From a virus (lineage: Duplodnaviria; Caudoviricetes), in IMG/VR virus record IMGVR_UViG_3300022671_000005, positions 32,001 through 96,000 of that record: 64,000 nt of DNA; one strand, given 5' to 3'. Both the position numbers and the translations under genes were made by a program. The notes under the pieces are model-generated. The model saw only the letters and a list, made by a program, of their open reading frames with translations, was not told the DNA's origin and ran no database searches. Below are positions 30,157 through 40,801 of the stretch, piece after piece. How positions within the stretch are numbered: the stretch's first letter is position 1; each line of letters starts with the position of its first letter.

Positions 30157-32712
30157 ATGGCAGAAGAGAATAATAAAGAAGCAATTAGGCGTTGGTCTAG
30201 AATTTTTTCACTATTTGGTGTCAATAAAGAGACTCCAACTAATCAACAACCTAATCCATCAAATGACTTGTCCGCACCTTTATCGTCTGGAGCTTTTAGT
30301 AATCAAGAACTTGAATACCTTCCAGGGTTTGCAGCATCTAAAACAGATTCGACTAAGATAAGTCATATTGAAACTTATCTCAACAGAACTTCAGATAACG
30401 TTGTTCAAAGAACTAGAGAGATCCAAAGATTTAAAGTTCTTACTCCTGAAATTGGTAAGGCTAAGATGGTTCTTGTTCCAACTATCATGTCTCCAAATGA
30501 TGTTCAGACGGACAGCATTGCTATCACTGTTGATTGTGATGATATAGAACCAGAAACCGCAATGGACCTTGCTAATGACCTGACAACCTATTTTAATGAT
30601 CATCTTAAGCTTAGCACTAAAGTAGCAGATTGGATAGGTGAGGCACTATTTGAGTCCGGAGCCAAACCAGTTCTTATTTTGCCTAAAGGACCCATATCTT
30701 TACTTACTGATGCGATGGATCTAGAAAAAGAGCTAGCTAAAGAAGGTAAAGTTCTAGGTGTAGGTATGGAAAACATATCTATAAAAATGGAAGGTTACAA
30801 TGATGTTAATATAAGTGAAGAATCTTTAGAGTTAAATTTAATAGACAATGAAGATTTGAATATCTTAGACATTGACATTGAAGATGCCATTACTGATCAG
30901 TTTGCTGACCTTATGGATGAAGATAGTAAAATTAAGACTTCAGTAGAGTCCATGGTCAAAGCGGCAAAAGATAATAAAAAGAAGGTTAATGAGAGGGTAA
31001 AAGATGTCTTCACATTTACCACTGATTATAGATCTATCATGTCTGGTAAGGACACGAAGGATTCTAAAGTAAAAACTCTGACGAAAAGAGTTGCTCAAAG
31101 TTTATATGGCTCAGCTGGTGGTAGATTATTTATTGGTAGTGATGAGGGTGATCTAAAAGATGGAGACCATCCGACACTTATACCTTTACCTTCCGAATCC
31201 GTGATACCTGTAGCTGTACCTGGGAGTCCTTCTGAACATATAGGATATTTCATTCTAACCGATGGATTTGGTAACCCCATTGATGAGACAGGCACTGGCG
31301 ATGCAGCTAGTCCTTACCATAGCACTAATAAGAGTAAATCTTCTTGTAATGCTACTTTGAATGAGGGTACTCAAATCATATATGGTGGTTCTTTTGGTAG
31401 TGACAATATTACTAAAAACCAACAGTTTGAAGCAGCTTCCACAGTGTTTGGTATCACTATAAGAAAAATGCTTGAAGAAAAACTTAGAGATAATGATCTT
31501 GAAGGTATTACCCTAAAACAACATCAAGCTATCATGACTACGTTGTTTCAAAGACTTATCAGAAAAGCAAAGGTTAGAATCTTATTTGTACCCTCAACTA
31601 TGGTTGCTTATTATGCTTTCGGTTATCGTCCAGACGGAACAGGTAAGTCTATACTGGAAGATAGTTCTTTCCTCATTTCATTGCGTAACACTATGGTTAT
31701 AGCTAATGTTTTGACAGCTATTAAGAACTCAACTGATAGAACTCGAATTGAGTTTAATGTTGGTGATCAAGCCACAAACGTTGAGCAAATAATGGACACT
31801 GTTAAAAAGATGTTTGTATCTAAACGGATGCTTAACTTCGAACACGATCCATTAACTGTCGCACGAGATCTTATTCAAAACTCAGTATCCATTATCCCAA
31901 AAGGTCTAAGAGGTCTTGAAGATTTGGATGTACAAACTGACAATGCAGGTGGCTCTAATTCCACTGAACCAGATACTGACATGATGGATAAAATGTCAGA
32001 GTTAGTTACACTCAGTATGGGTATTCCTCCATCTGCATTAAATAGGTTGAGTGAAGATGAATATTCTAGATCTATAGCAACTACTAATTTATTCTTTGCT
32101 AATGAAGTAAGGATGAAGCAGCTAGTTGTTACAGAAACTACCACCCAGTTGGTTAGACAGTATATCTATACATCTAAAGAATTAATGACTAAGATTATAG
32201 ATATTCTTAAGATAACTAATAAGTCTGATAAAACTGATGTTGATGCTAATGATGACACTGTCAATTCTGACAATCTTGAGAACCAGACTGATGATAAGAT
32301 TTCTAAAGTTGAAGATGTTCTTTATAAGGTTATCAATGGTGTTAGTGTTAATCTCCCAACTCCAACTATTGCTGCAACTAAAGCACAATATGAAGAGTTA
32401 AGGGAAGCTGTAGATGCAGTGGATCAATTGGTCGACAAACTCTTTGACGAGGAGACTATTGGTGTTGATGATAACGAGACTAAAGAAGCTTATAATGCTA
32501 TGAAAGGATTCGTTAGACAGTTAGTACTCAGAAAGATTGCAGCTGAGTTAGGACCTCACGGAGCTATAAATATACCTAGCATTAATAACATAGATCAAGA
32601 TGAAATAGCGGACTTCAATCAAGCCATTATTAACTTCAAACGTCAATTGTCAGACATGAAGAAAAGTCTAGACAAGAAAGTTGAAGAAGAGGGTGGTGGA
32701 AGTAGATGGTAA
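30157..32712 (+). CDS. Portal protein (phiKZ gp129-like; start corrected from 30094)
   Basis: TIMSPND, ESVIPVAVPGSPSEHIGYFILTDGFGNP, GTGKSILED; ggag RBS before ATG 30157. Confidence 0.8.
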   Translation: MAEENNKEAIRRWSRIFSLFGVNKETPTNQQPNPSNDLSAPLSSGAFSNQELEYLPGFAASKTDSTKISHIETYLNRTSDNVVQRTREIQRFKVLTPEIGKAKMVLVPTIMSPNDVQTDSIAITVDCDDIEPETAMDLANDLTTYFNDHLKLSTKVADWIGEALFESGAKPVLILPKGPISLLTDAMDLEKELAKEGKVLGVGMENISIKMEGYNDVNISEESLELNLIDNEDLNILDIDIEDAITDQFADLMDEDSKIKTSVESMVKAAKDNKKKVNERVKDVFTFTTDYRSIMSGKDTKDSKVKTLTKRVAQSLYGSAGGRLFIGSDEGDLKDGDHPTLIPLPSESVIPVAVPGSPSEHIGYFILTDGFGNPIDETGTGDAASPYHSTNKSKSSCNATLNEGTQIIYGGSFGSDNITKNQQFEAASTVFGITIRKMLEEKLRDNDLEGITLKQHQAIMTTLFQRLIRKAKVRILFVPSTMVAYYAFGYRPDGTGKSILEDSSFLISLRNTMVIANVLTAIKNSTDRTRIEFNVGDQATNVEQIMDTVKKMFVSKRMLNFEHDPLTVARDLIQNSVSIIPKGLRGLEDLDVQTDNAGGSNSTEPDTDMMDKMSELVTLSMGIPPSALNRLSEDEYSRSIATTNLFFANEVRMKQLVVTETTTQLVRQYIYTSKELMTKIIDILKITNKSDKTDVDANDDTVNSDNLENQTDDKISKVEDVLYKVINGVSVNLPTPTIAATKAQYEELREAVDAVDQLVDKLFDEETIGVDDNETKEAYNAMKGFVRQLVLRKIAAELGPHGAINIPSINNIDQDEIADFNQAIINFKRQLSDMKKSLDKKVEEEGGGSRW

Positions 32713-32731
32713 ATTAAAAAAGATTAAAAAG

Positions 32732-32766
32732 TGTATCCTACCTACGTCAAACGTAGGTAGGATACA
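32732..32766. terminator. Inverted repeat, 16-bp stem, convergent junction
   Basis: tgtatcctacctacgt-caa-acgtaggtaggataca. Confidence 0.75.
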
Positions 32767-32804
32767 TTTAATCTATAATCATTAATTGATATAGTATTTA
32801 TACT

Positions 32805-33662
32805 TTAAGCATCTGACTCTTGGTTGAGGATCTTAGAGATCTCATCCGACAGACCAGTATTTGCCAAATTGGAACTTACTGTATCAGGAGTTACAGCTAC
32901 GTTATCATAAGCATATTGACCGATCTGTAGAGATTCAGCAACCTTTTGTCCAACTTCACGTGTCTTATCATTATGGAGAACGATAGCACTGAAGGTAACA
33001 GTACGTTCCCTCACGTTGGTGGTACCAATGGTTCTTTCGAACCCAATCTGTCCACCAGGGTCGGTCGGGAACATGTTAGTATAAACAGCAGCATCAATGA
33101 TACGTTTTTGATGCATGGTTGGATCAAACTGAAGAGCAAGCATAGTCATGGAATATGTACTGGAAACAAATTCCAAAGGTTCTGCTCCATTATTCAGTCT
33201 AGCCATAGATGCATTAGTATCTGGATCTTGGATATCACGAACCCAACGGTTGAACAAGTTCCATACCAAGTTACCTTTCAATTCGTGAAATACGAACGAA
33301 GGGTTAACAGCACTTCTCTTAGTCTGTGTTGGGACTTGAATGTTCTGTCCGTCGTGACCAAATGGTTGATCAGCAACTTCTAGAGTATATCCAAAGTCAA
33401 TTCCAGTTACTTGTTTTGCATGAGTTTCAATAAGAGCTTTAAGTGTCTTACCGAAGTCACTATCTTCATTACGATTCACATACATCGTAGGAATCTGTAG
33501 AACAACCAAGACAGTCGGAGTGAATGTCAAGGGAGTAGATGCATCTAGGTTTCTGGTATTAAAACCAGCACCAAGCTGACCACCCTTAAGCATAGCAGCA
33601 GCCGTCTGGACAGCTCCAGCGCCTAAAGCAGCAGCATTAGTAAGTAATGATTCATTAGCCAT
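32805..33662 (-). CDS. Tail tube protein (phiKZ gp30-like)
   Basis: Directly after the sheath gene; LKALIETH, FDPT and TNMFP motifs; 285 aa. Confidence 0.8.
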   Translation of the reverse strand: MANESLLTNAAALGAGAVQTAAAMLKGGQLGAGFNTRNLDASTPLTFTPTVLVVLQIPTMYVNRNEDSDFGKTLKALIETHAKQVTGIDFGYTLEVADQPFGHDGQNIQVPTQTKRSAVNPSFVFHELKGNLVWNLFNRWVRDIQDPDTNASMARLNNGAEPLEFVSSTYSMTMLALQFDPTMHQKRIIDAAVYTNMFPTDPGGQIGFERTIGTTNVRERTVTFSAIVLHNDKTREVGQKVAESLQIGQYAYDNVAVTPDTVSSNLANTGLSDEISKILNQESDA

Positions 33663-33673
33663 TATAGATCACC

Positions 33674-35836
33674 TTAACCTTCGAGATTTTCACGTTGCGC
33701 AATCAAGTCTGCCGCCCATACACGATGGTTAGCAGGTGAAATGAGTTCCAACCTAACATGGTCAACATAACCAAGCTGTTGTTCTTCATTTGTCTGATAT
33801 ACGGTGAGATTGAATTCATAACGATCGTTATAAATAACTTTAACACGATCACCAAGATCTTTCTCAATGAGAGCATGAAGGTCTTCAGCAGGTTTAGTAA
33901 GACCAGTATGTTTGGCCCAACTTTCACGCATAGCATGCTTGGTGTAAACAACTGCATTAGTGTAGTCATCAATAGCAAGAACACTTGTATCATGTACATA
34001 AACACTATGCAGTGAAGCATAATGAATCTGATTCCGACTTGCATACTGGAAGTAGTTAAGACCTTCATCCCAACTACGACGCTTCTGAGCTTCAGATGCA
34101 GGTGCCCAGTTCCAAGACTTAAAGAAGTCAACACGACTATTCGGAAGACCTTCAGGTGCTTGAGACATACGATCAGTGTTATGATAATCAGCCAATTTGA
34201 AAGCATACCAAATCGTTGCTGGAGTGATACCCTTATAGTTACCACTAGCAAGTTGACCTGCTTGCATAAAGATAGAAGCACGACATGCACCAGTACCTTT
34301 AATGATTGATTCAGGAATCAACAGGGCACGAGCACGAAGAGCTGATCCAACAGCAAGGTCTGTAGCTTCATCATTGTAAGTTGCAATATCATGAACTGTT
34401 ACATCAGAACCAATGAACCCAGGGGTATTGGAATCAGTACCAGTGTATACATTACCAGCAGAATCACTGAATGTCTTACCAATCAGATCTTCATCATCAA
34501 TCTCACCAGCAACTGCTCCAGTATCTACAACAGTGTAAGTAGTTCCAAGATCTGCAACACGTTGTGTAGAGAGAACAACCTTGACATCTTGACGGGTGGC
34601 CATAAAGTCACACATGGCGTACTTACCACCTTGAAGTGTCCAACCAGTATCAATGATGTGAGTAAACGGATAACGTGCTTCATCTACAATGTCTGGATTC
34701 ATGGTAAGTTCCAAGAAATCAACAAAGAGAGTTTCGATAGCAGGATCTGTTATATTACCATCATCACCATTAGACAGATAGTTATTAACGTCTTTGACCA
34801 GCTCAAGTGAGGTACCACTGAGAACAGCATGGTCATAGGGTTTACCATCAAGGTCTATTAATGAGATAGGGTTAACATACCAACCATCATCAAGCATATC
34901 AGTGCGATTTACTTCAACTGCACGAATAGCATCACCAACTGCTTCAACATTACTAGCATATACTTTGATAGTATAAGGAAGTTGTTTATTAGCATCGGGA
35001 TCATATGCTGCTTCAAGAATATCATTTAGAGATACTCTCATAGAAATCGATTCATCGATAACGTTAGGTTTGAGAACAGCAGTACTATAAGTATTATTAA
35101 AAGAATCAATGATAGGATCAACACCTGAACCATTAGCTTCTTTTTGTGTAGGAGCAAAATTAAAATAGAGTGAACCAGCACGGTCTACTCTACCAGTTTC
35201 GTTCTGATCAGTATCGTACCAAAGTTGGAAGGCAACATCATTACCCCATTCACCTGGACTTACAGATTTAAAAGTCATGTAAGGATACCATGTTGTGTCA
35301 GGAGGTCCTGCAACAGTATAAGGTACAAGATTGTCGAAGTCTTCACCACCATTAAGAGTGGTACGAATACGCCATTCAAGTTCTACACCTGCTTCCGTAA
35401 GAGGATTGCCAGGATCGCCTGGATCATCTTCTGGTATTGGATCGCCATTAGTATCTAGGATACGATTACCATCACCATCTTTTTGATACTGAACAACATC
35501 TGCGGCTGTAACACCTACTTCGAGAATAGCCCAGGAGGTCTCTGCAGTTGCATCGTCAGCTAGACGAACAATGAAGGCACCATTTTCTGGGAATGTCGTA
35601 TTAAGAAACAGGGCGTCCTTTGAGAAGTACGTAGAATATTCATTGAAGGTTTCAGCTCCAAAGATCCTACGAGCTTCAACAATAGAAGGACACCATTGTG
35701 GTACACCAATCGGACCCTTTTGGGTCTTCATAGCATACACGGGGCGATGCAATGGCAAGAATTCCGATACAACAGGAGTGAAGATCGATTCATCTATGAC
35801 ATTGATCTCATAATGAGGATATGATTCTGTGATCAC
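33674..35836 (-). CDS. Contractile tail sheath protein (phiKZ gp29-like)
   Basis: GTG start with aaggagg RBS; LPLHRP...KGP...IFGAETF, ARYPFTHIIDTG, LRARALLIPES; 720 aa. Confidence 0.85.
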   Translation of the reverse strand: MITESYPHYEINVIDESIFTPVVSEFLPLHRPVYAMKTQKGPIGVPQWCPSIVEARRIFGAETFNEYSTYFSKDALFLNTTFPENGAFIVRLADDATAETSWAILEVGVTAADVVQYQKDGDGNRILDTNGDPIPEDDPGDPGNPLTEAGVELEWRIRTTLNGGEDFDNLVPYTVAGPPDTTWYPYMTFKSVSPGEWGNDVAFQLWYDTDQNETGRVDRAGSLYFNFAPTQKEANGSGVDPIIDSFNNTYSTAVLKPNVIDESISMRVSLNDILEAAYDPDANKQLPYTIKVYASNVEAVGDAIRAVEVNRTDMLDDGWYVNPISLIDLDGKPYDHAVLSGTSLELVKDVNNYLSNGDDGNITDPAIETLFVDFLELTMNPDIVDEARYPFTHIIDTGWTLQGGKYAMCDFMATRQDVKVVLSTQRVADLGTTYTVVDTGAVAGEIDDEDLIGKTFSDSAGNVYTGTDSNTPGFIGSDVTVHDIATYNDEATDLAVGSALRARALLIPESIIKGTGACRASIFMQAGQLASGNYKGITPATIWYAFKLADYHNTDRMSQAPEGLPNSRVDFFKSWNWAPASEAQKRRSWDEGLNYFQYASRNQIHYASLHSVYVHDTSVLAIDDYTNAVVYTKHAMRESWAKHTGLTKPAEDLHALIEKDLGDRVKVIYNDRYEFNLTVYQTNEEQQLGYVDHVRLELISPANHRVWAADLIAQRENLEG

Positions 35837-35928
35837 AATGTAACCTCCTTAATTATTGACAATTTTATGCTGGATTAAAAATCTAGTCTATTTGATTAAC
35901 AAATCGACAAAACGAGGAAAACGTATAT

Positions 35929-36975
35929 ATGCAAAAAAATAATATTCTTGACACCGAATTTGCCAAAGTTTACAATTTGAAACCTATGGCAAAAGATGCT
36001 GCGAAGTTTTTAGTGGCAAAAAGAAACCTTATGGATAAAACACCAGAAGGTTATGTTCAACTTGTCTCAGATGTAAATCCTATGATTTCATCACATATGA
36101 ACACCTTATTTAAAAATCTCGTTCAAAGAAACAAGATTAAAGAAATATTCATGTACAGTATGATTAGAGGCGCAGTTGATGACTTACCAGAGATATTAAC
36201 TATTGACGATGTAGTTATTGATGGAAAATACATTGATACCAATGTACCATCAGAACTACAAAAGTGTTGGGTTAATATAACTTCTTCCCTTTCTATTAAT
36301 AGAAACGACAGGACTGGTTTACTACAAGTAAACGATATCCCAAAATTGATTTCTTCATTAGTTAGGGCTTTTCTCTGTATGTCATATAATGACAGTAAAG
36401 AGTGGCTATCTCCAAAGGCTGCTTCTTTCGTCATAGAGTACTATACCATGGCTATGGAAATGGTTATGGATAGACTATATAATTTGAATTATGAAGAATC
36501 TGTTGTTCCCAAACTTCTTTTCGCATGGCACTATGCAGAACTTATGGCAGATCCTAAAGAATCTTCAGAAGTACCCACGTTACTCACAAAGACTTCACAT
36601 CTTTTTAAAGGTAATCTATCAGGTGCTAGACTACAAGAACTGTTGAAAGAAATTGTGGAATTCAAATCTGGTAGATCTATGAATATTGATACTGTTGTGG
36701 ATTGCATTAAACAGTTTGGTGTTTCAAGAATGAAGAATCTAACAAAACCCAATTTGTATAGGTACTTCTCAGTATCATCTGCAGACAACACCGCTATGAC
36801 AATAGCTATGGATTATCCACCCTATTTCCTTCATCAAATACTTAAGGTAGCTGCTGGTGGTAAACACGCCATTCTGTCTACAATATACAAGTCCAGATTT
36901 GATAAGAAGTATATAGAAAAAACCTTAGATCAAATAATTATCGACAAACAATTAATTGAGGGAGTAAACCGCTAA
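35929..36975 (+). CDS. Virion protein (phiKZ gp28-like position)
   Basis: Divergent from the sheath gene and upstream of the gp27-like gene; AMDYPPYF motif. Confidence 0.6.
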   Translation: MQKNNILDTEFAKVYNLKPMAKDAAKFLVAKRNLMDKTPEGYVQLVSDVNPMISSHMNTLFKNLVQRNKIKEIFMYSMIRGAVDDLPEILTIDDVVIDGKYIDTNVPSELQKCWVNITSSLSINRNDRTGLLQVNDIPKLISSLVRAFLCMSYNDSKEWLSPKAASFVIEYYTMAMEMVMDRLYNLNYEESVVPKLLFAWHYAELMADPKESSEVPTLLTKTSHLFKGNLSGARLQELLKEIVEFKSGRSMNIDTVVDCIKQFGVSRMKNLTKPNLYRYFSVSSADNTAMTIAMDYPPYFLHQILKVAAGGKHAILSTIYKSRFDKKYIEKTLDQIIIDKQLIEGVNR

Positions 36976-36976
36976 T

Positions 36977-39900
36977 ATGGCAGAAACAATAGATACGAAA
37001 TTAGTTAACTTCTTCAATTCGTATCTGTTCAGAAAAGTTTGGAATGAACCTGGTAAAGAGTATAGAAGAAATATTAAACCACAAGTGCTAGCTAAACCGT
37101 TTGCTAACTCATCCATAAAGTTAGAGTGGAAAAGATATGGTCTTCCTACTGCTGAAAAATATCAGGTTTATTACATTCCAGAATCAACAATGAGTGGTAT
37201 AACTTTCAGAAGGTATACTGATTGGATTAACGCTGTTGATTTTCTGAACGATAGTAATATTGAATTAAGATTTCACAATACTGATGGAGTAATGCTCCCT
37301 AGAGAACATGTCAATTTGGTAAGTCACCCTGAGAAGCCAGGTGTTCTAATAGCCATCAAGAGAAGTATATTTACTTCTATACTTGGAAGTGATATTGCTA
37401 ACATGCTTGTAGCTTTCTATTATGATAGTGATGAAGAGCATGACATTACAATAGATACATATACTTTAGACGGTGGTACTGATATAAATGCAGTATATGC
37501 AGTTGCACAAACTGGAACCTCTGTTTATGTAAATGGTATTGCTACCCAAGTTACTGATATAAGTGACATATCAATTGCTAATGCAATAGTTGAAATTGTT
37601 ACTGATGCTAATGTTCTTGATGAATTTGAGATAGACCTAGCTGATGCAAATGAGAGAAGGAATTTCATTAGTGATATAGACAACGAATCTAAAACCATTG
37701 TTCATATTCCTAAAAGTCTCAATCCTGATAATAAAGTGATTACTCACAACACTTGTGATATATGGATATATCCTAGGAATGGTGCCACTGCTAATAGAAA
37801 TGGTAGATTCTTTCATCGTGCTATTGAGGAATATACATTCACTCAAGTAACACATAATGATTTTGCTATACCTGATATTATTATTAATTCTTATTCGGAT
37901 GTTTTAAACACTGATGAATTTAAACTTGTGGTACAACTTAAAAATCACGAGAAAGATAATGTTCTTATTACTGATAAGAATTATATCGGTTTACTTTACT
38001 CACATGCTGATGACAACACTATTCTTGATTTCTTAGAAGGTGTAGGACCAGAAGACTTTGATTTCTGGAAAGCTGAAACGTTAGAAAATAGCGACTATGT
38101 CAAGATGATGACAGACGTTCCTGATTTTGTTGACGTTATAAATCTACCGATATATATTGGTGCATTAGGTTATTACAACTCTATTGCTTTAATAAGTAAT
38201 CGGATTAAGAGGATAGAATTAGAAGACTTTGGTGGTTCAGTAAGCCATAGATTTATTACACCTATCCCTATAGTGTTTGAAAGTATCAAAGTTTACCCAA
38301 TGGTATTTGTTAACGGATTGAAGATTGATAGTAATCTTGTTGAGGTCAATAAAGTTCGAAGTGGGTCTGTCGTTATTGATGTAGATGAATCTGTTGCGTT
38401 AGATATCAATGATGATGTATATGTAGAACTCTTTGAAGAGATTCCACATAATATCTTCGAAGTAAGACCTACTGCGACATACAACCATATAGGTGTAGAA
38501 AATGATAACTTTGTACTGTATGAAGTAACAGATGCTCCATCAGCAGTGCCTGGTATAGAACAAAGTTATGATAAGATTTATACTAGGATAGATGATATAT
38601 CGACTGTTGGATCATATGTTGATTCAGTAGGTGGTAGATATGTAGCATTTAATTCTAGTGCATACAACAGAATCTTTATAATTGCAAATAGTAAAGGTTT
38701 TGAATATAGGTCGTATAATCTAGATACAATGTTATCTAACAATGATCCCCTAGCATTTGATTTATCAACTACTGTAAAAAGTATTGATTTTGACCCACCG
38801 TATGTGTGGGAAGATCATACAGGGATATCGTCTGCGTCTGGTGACATATCAGATCCATTAGATCCAGATGCTGAAGATCCATATCCCGCATGGCATCTTT
38901 TAGATGGAAATACCTCTTGGGATTTGTCAGGTAGATGGGTTACTACATTAAGACCTGAAGGTAACAAAGTTGATTTTGAATTAGCTGAAGATAATTATGA
39001 CACATATTGGCTGATAGGTTACCGTATTGGTGCTATGCCTAACATGCATGATGCTTTGAGAGCGTCACAAATGCCTATAAATTGGCAGGTTAGAGTAGAT
39101 GGTAATCTGGTAGATGCAGTTTCTAACGAGTGGTGGTATCTCAATCCTGAGGTTGTTCACACACATATGTTAGCAACTCCTGTTCTTGTTAGTACCAATA
39201 TTGAATTCTTACTAATGAGCGTTCAGACACCTGGTGCTTTCCAAATACAAACAGACTTATTTGAACCTATATTCAGTGATTCTGCAGAATCTGTAAATAT
39301 CCCGTATCTTGGAAATTTATCATGTATCCCTTATTTGAATGGTAAAGAACTTGTCAAGAATGTGGATTATCATTTAGCAGATATATTGGCAGACTCTATG
39401 GGAACAACTCCTCATTTATGTGGTAGACAATTAGTTGTTACTAATGCTGCATACTTGAAAGAGTCTGGAAATAAAATGGAACTTATACTTACCTACAATT
39501 CTGTTGAAGGTGAATTGCAAGGATTTTTAGAAAAATCATACCTGGGTGAGCAAAATGCTAATCCAAGGTGGTTCGAAGAACTTAGCCAAGTGGTTGTTGA
39601 TGGACTAATAGCTGAAAACATTTCTACAATGTTTGGAACCGTACAAGTTCCTAGTCCAGACGTTATAGATCAACAAATGTCTGCTTGGTTTACATTTGAC
39701 GATGATTATAGTAATAAGAAAAGTGGTGATTATACTTTAACACCATCTGCAGGAATAACACTTGTAGACGATGTTGATGGAACCTATATGAATGTTCCAG
39801 ATGGAGAGCTTGCATCAATTGTACCAAGTGTAGCCACTCCAAACAATTTCACTTTCTCTACTGTTCTAGAATTACTTGATGATAATCCAGCAAGTTTTGG

Positions 39901-40723
39901 TCCAGTGTTGGATATGTATCTTTCTAGTTTTGTCAAGTACACTCTCAGTACAACTGCAGCTGGAGACTGGTATTCCAATATACTTAATGGAGAAGACACT
40001 TCTACTATTGTAGGTTATGAGACTGGAAAAACACATGTGGCTATAACTGTTGAATCTGGTGTAAATATTAGTGTTTACATAAATGGTGTGTTAGTACATA
40101 CATACACCACACTCTCAGCCCTGAGTGTAGATCAGATACAACTAAAAAGTTCTGGCACAAAAGGTGTTAAGTACTATGACGTTATGGTATTCCATAGGGT
40201 GTTGTCACTACCTGAGATAGTTCAAGCTGGATCTGTTTCTGATGAAACTAGATTTAGATTGGGATCTCCATATGGAACAAGAACTTTAATTCCTGAGAAA
40301 AGTAGATATTTCGTAAATAGGCATTATAGTGATGATGACACTGTCAAGTTGGATGCTCTTACAGAGTACTTCAGAGGCAACGCTAGTAATATTGATCCAG
40401 TTGTTCTGATACCTTACAGTCACAGGATTGTTAGTATACGTGCTCACATTATAATCAGAGATATAATAAACGGAGTTTTTGTACTCAATATAGATCCTGA
40501 TGATTCAGCAGTTCTTGCTGCAATATCAGACTACGATTATCTTAAGAAGTATGATATACTGTTTGATGCAGAGACTAGTGTTGATCTAGACTTTGTTGAT
40601 GTTCAAGGCATGTACACTGATCAAGATATTGTCGACACAAACATTCTATTGCAAATAGATAGATTGTTAGAGGTTATAATCGACGACAGTGTAACACATT
40701 TGAGACCTAATCACGAATCATAA
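36977..40723 (+). CDS. Baseplate protein (phiKZ gp27-like) with inserted discoidin-like and LamG-like domains
   Basis: KVWNEP, QVTHNDFAIP, FWKAETLENSDY and ALGYYN; inserted blocks at ~38780-39290 and ~39670-40230. Confidence 0.7.
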   Translation: MAETIDTKLVNFFNSYLFRKVWNEPGKEYRRNIKPQVLAKPFANSSIKLEWKRYGLPTAEKYQVYYIPESTMSGITFRRYTDWINAVDFLNDSNIELRFHNTDGVMLPREHVNLVSHPEKPGVLIAIKRSIFTSILGSDIANMLVAFYYDSDEEHDITIDTYTLDGGTDINAVYAVAQTGTSVYVNGIATQVTDISDISIANAIVEIVTDANVLDEFEIDLADANERRNFISDIDNESKTIVHIPKSLNPDNKVITHNTCDIWIYPRNGATANRNGRFFHRAIEEYTFTQVTHNDFAIPDIIINSYSDVLNTDEFKLVVQLKNHEKDNVLITDKNYIGLLYSHADDNTILDFLEGVGPEDFDFWKAETLENSDYVKMMTDVPDFVDVINLPIYIGALGYYNSIALISNRIKRIELEDFGGSVSHRFITPIPIVFESIKVYPMVFVNGLKIDSNLVEVNKVRSGSVVIDVDESVALDINDDVYVELFEEIPHNIFEVRPTATYNHIGVENDNFVLYEVTDAPSAVPGIEQSYDKIYTRIDDISTVGSYVDSVGGRYVAFNSSAYNRIFIIANSKGFEYRSYNLDTMLSNNDPLAFDLSTTVKSIDFDPPYVWEDHTGISSASGDISDPLDPDAEDPYPAWHLLDGNTSWDLSGRWVTTLRPEGNKVDFELAEDNYDTYWLIGYRIGAMPNMHDALRASQMPINWQVRVDGNLVDAVSNEWWYLNPEVVHTHMLATPVLVSTNIEFLLMSVQTPGAFQIQTDLFEPIFSDSAESVNIPYLGNLSCIPYLNGKELVKNVDYHLADILADSMGTTPHLCGRQLVVTNAAYLKESGNKMELILTYNSVEGELQGFLEKSYLGEQNANPRWFEELSQVVVDGLIAENISTMFGTVQVPSPDVIDQQMSAWFTFDDDYSNKKSGDYTLTPSAGITLVDDVDGTYMNVPDGELASIVPSVATPNNFTFSTVLELLDDNPASFGPVLDMYLSSFVKYTLSTTAAGDWYSNILNGEDTSTIVGYETGKTHVAITVESGVNISVYINGVLVHTYTTLSALSVDQIQLKSSGTKGVKYYDVMVFHRVLSLPEIVQAGSVSDETRFRLGSPYGTRTLIPEKSRYFVNRHYSDDDTVKLDALTEYFRGNASNIDPVVLIPYSHRIVSIRAHIIIRDIINGVFVLNIDPDDSAVLAAISDYDYLKKYDILFDAETSVDLDFVDVQGMYTDQDIVDTNILLQIDRLLEVIIDDSVTHLRPNHES

Positions 40724-40730
40724 CTAATAG

Positions 40731-40763
40731 TGTTAGGGTGCTATCCTATGTAGCACCCTAACA
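40731..40763. terminator. Inverted repeat, 13-bp stem
   Basis: tgttagggtgcta-tcctatg-tagcaccctaaca. Confidence 0.7.
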
Positions 40764-40801
40764 TATATTTTGATACTTTTCAAATTGGAGATTTTTAACA
40801 T

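Noticed and set aside
33703-35813. Many alternative-frame and antisense ORFs within the sheath gene, and similar ones across the window
   Set aside because: Shadows of codon bias in real genes; no RBS or motifs
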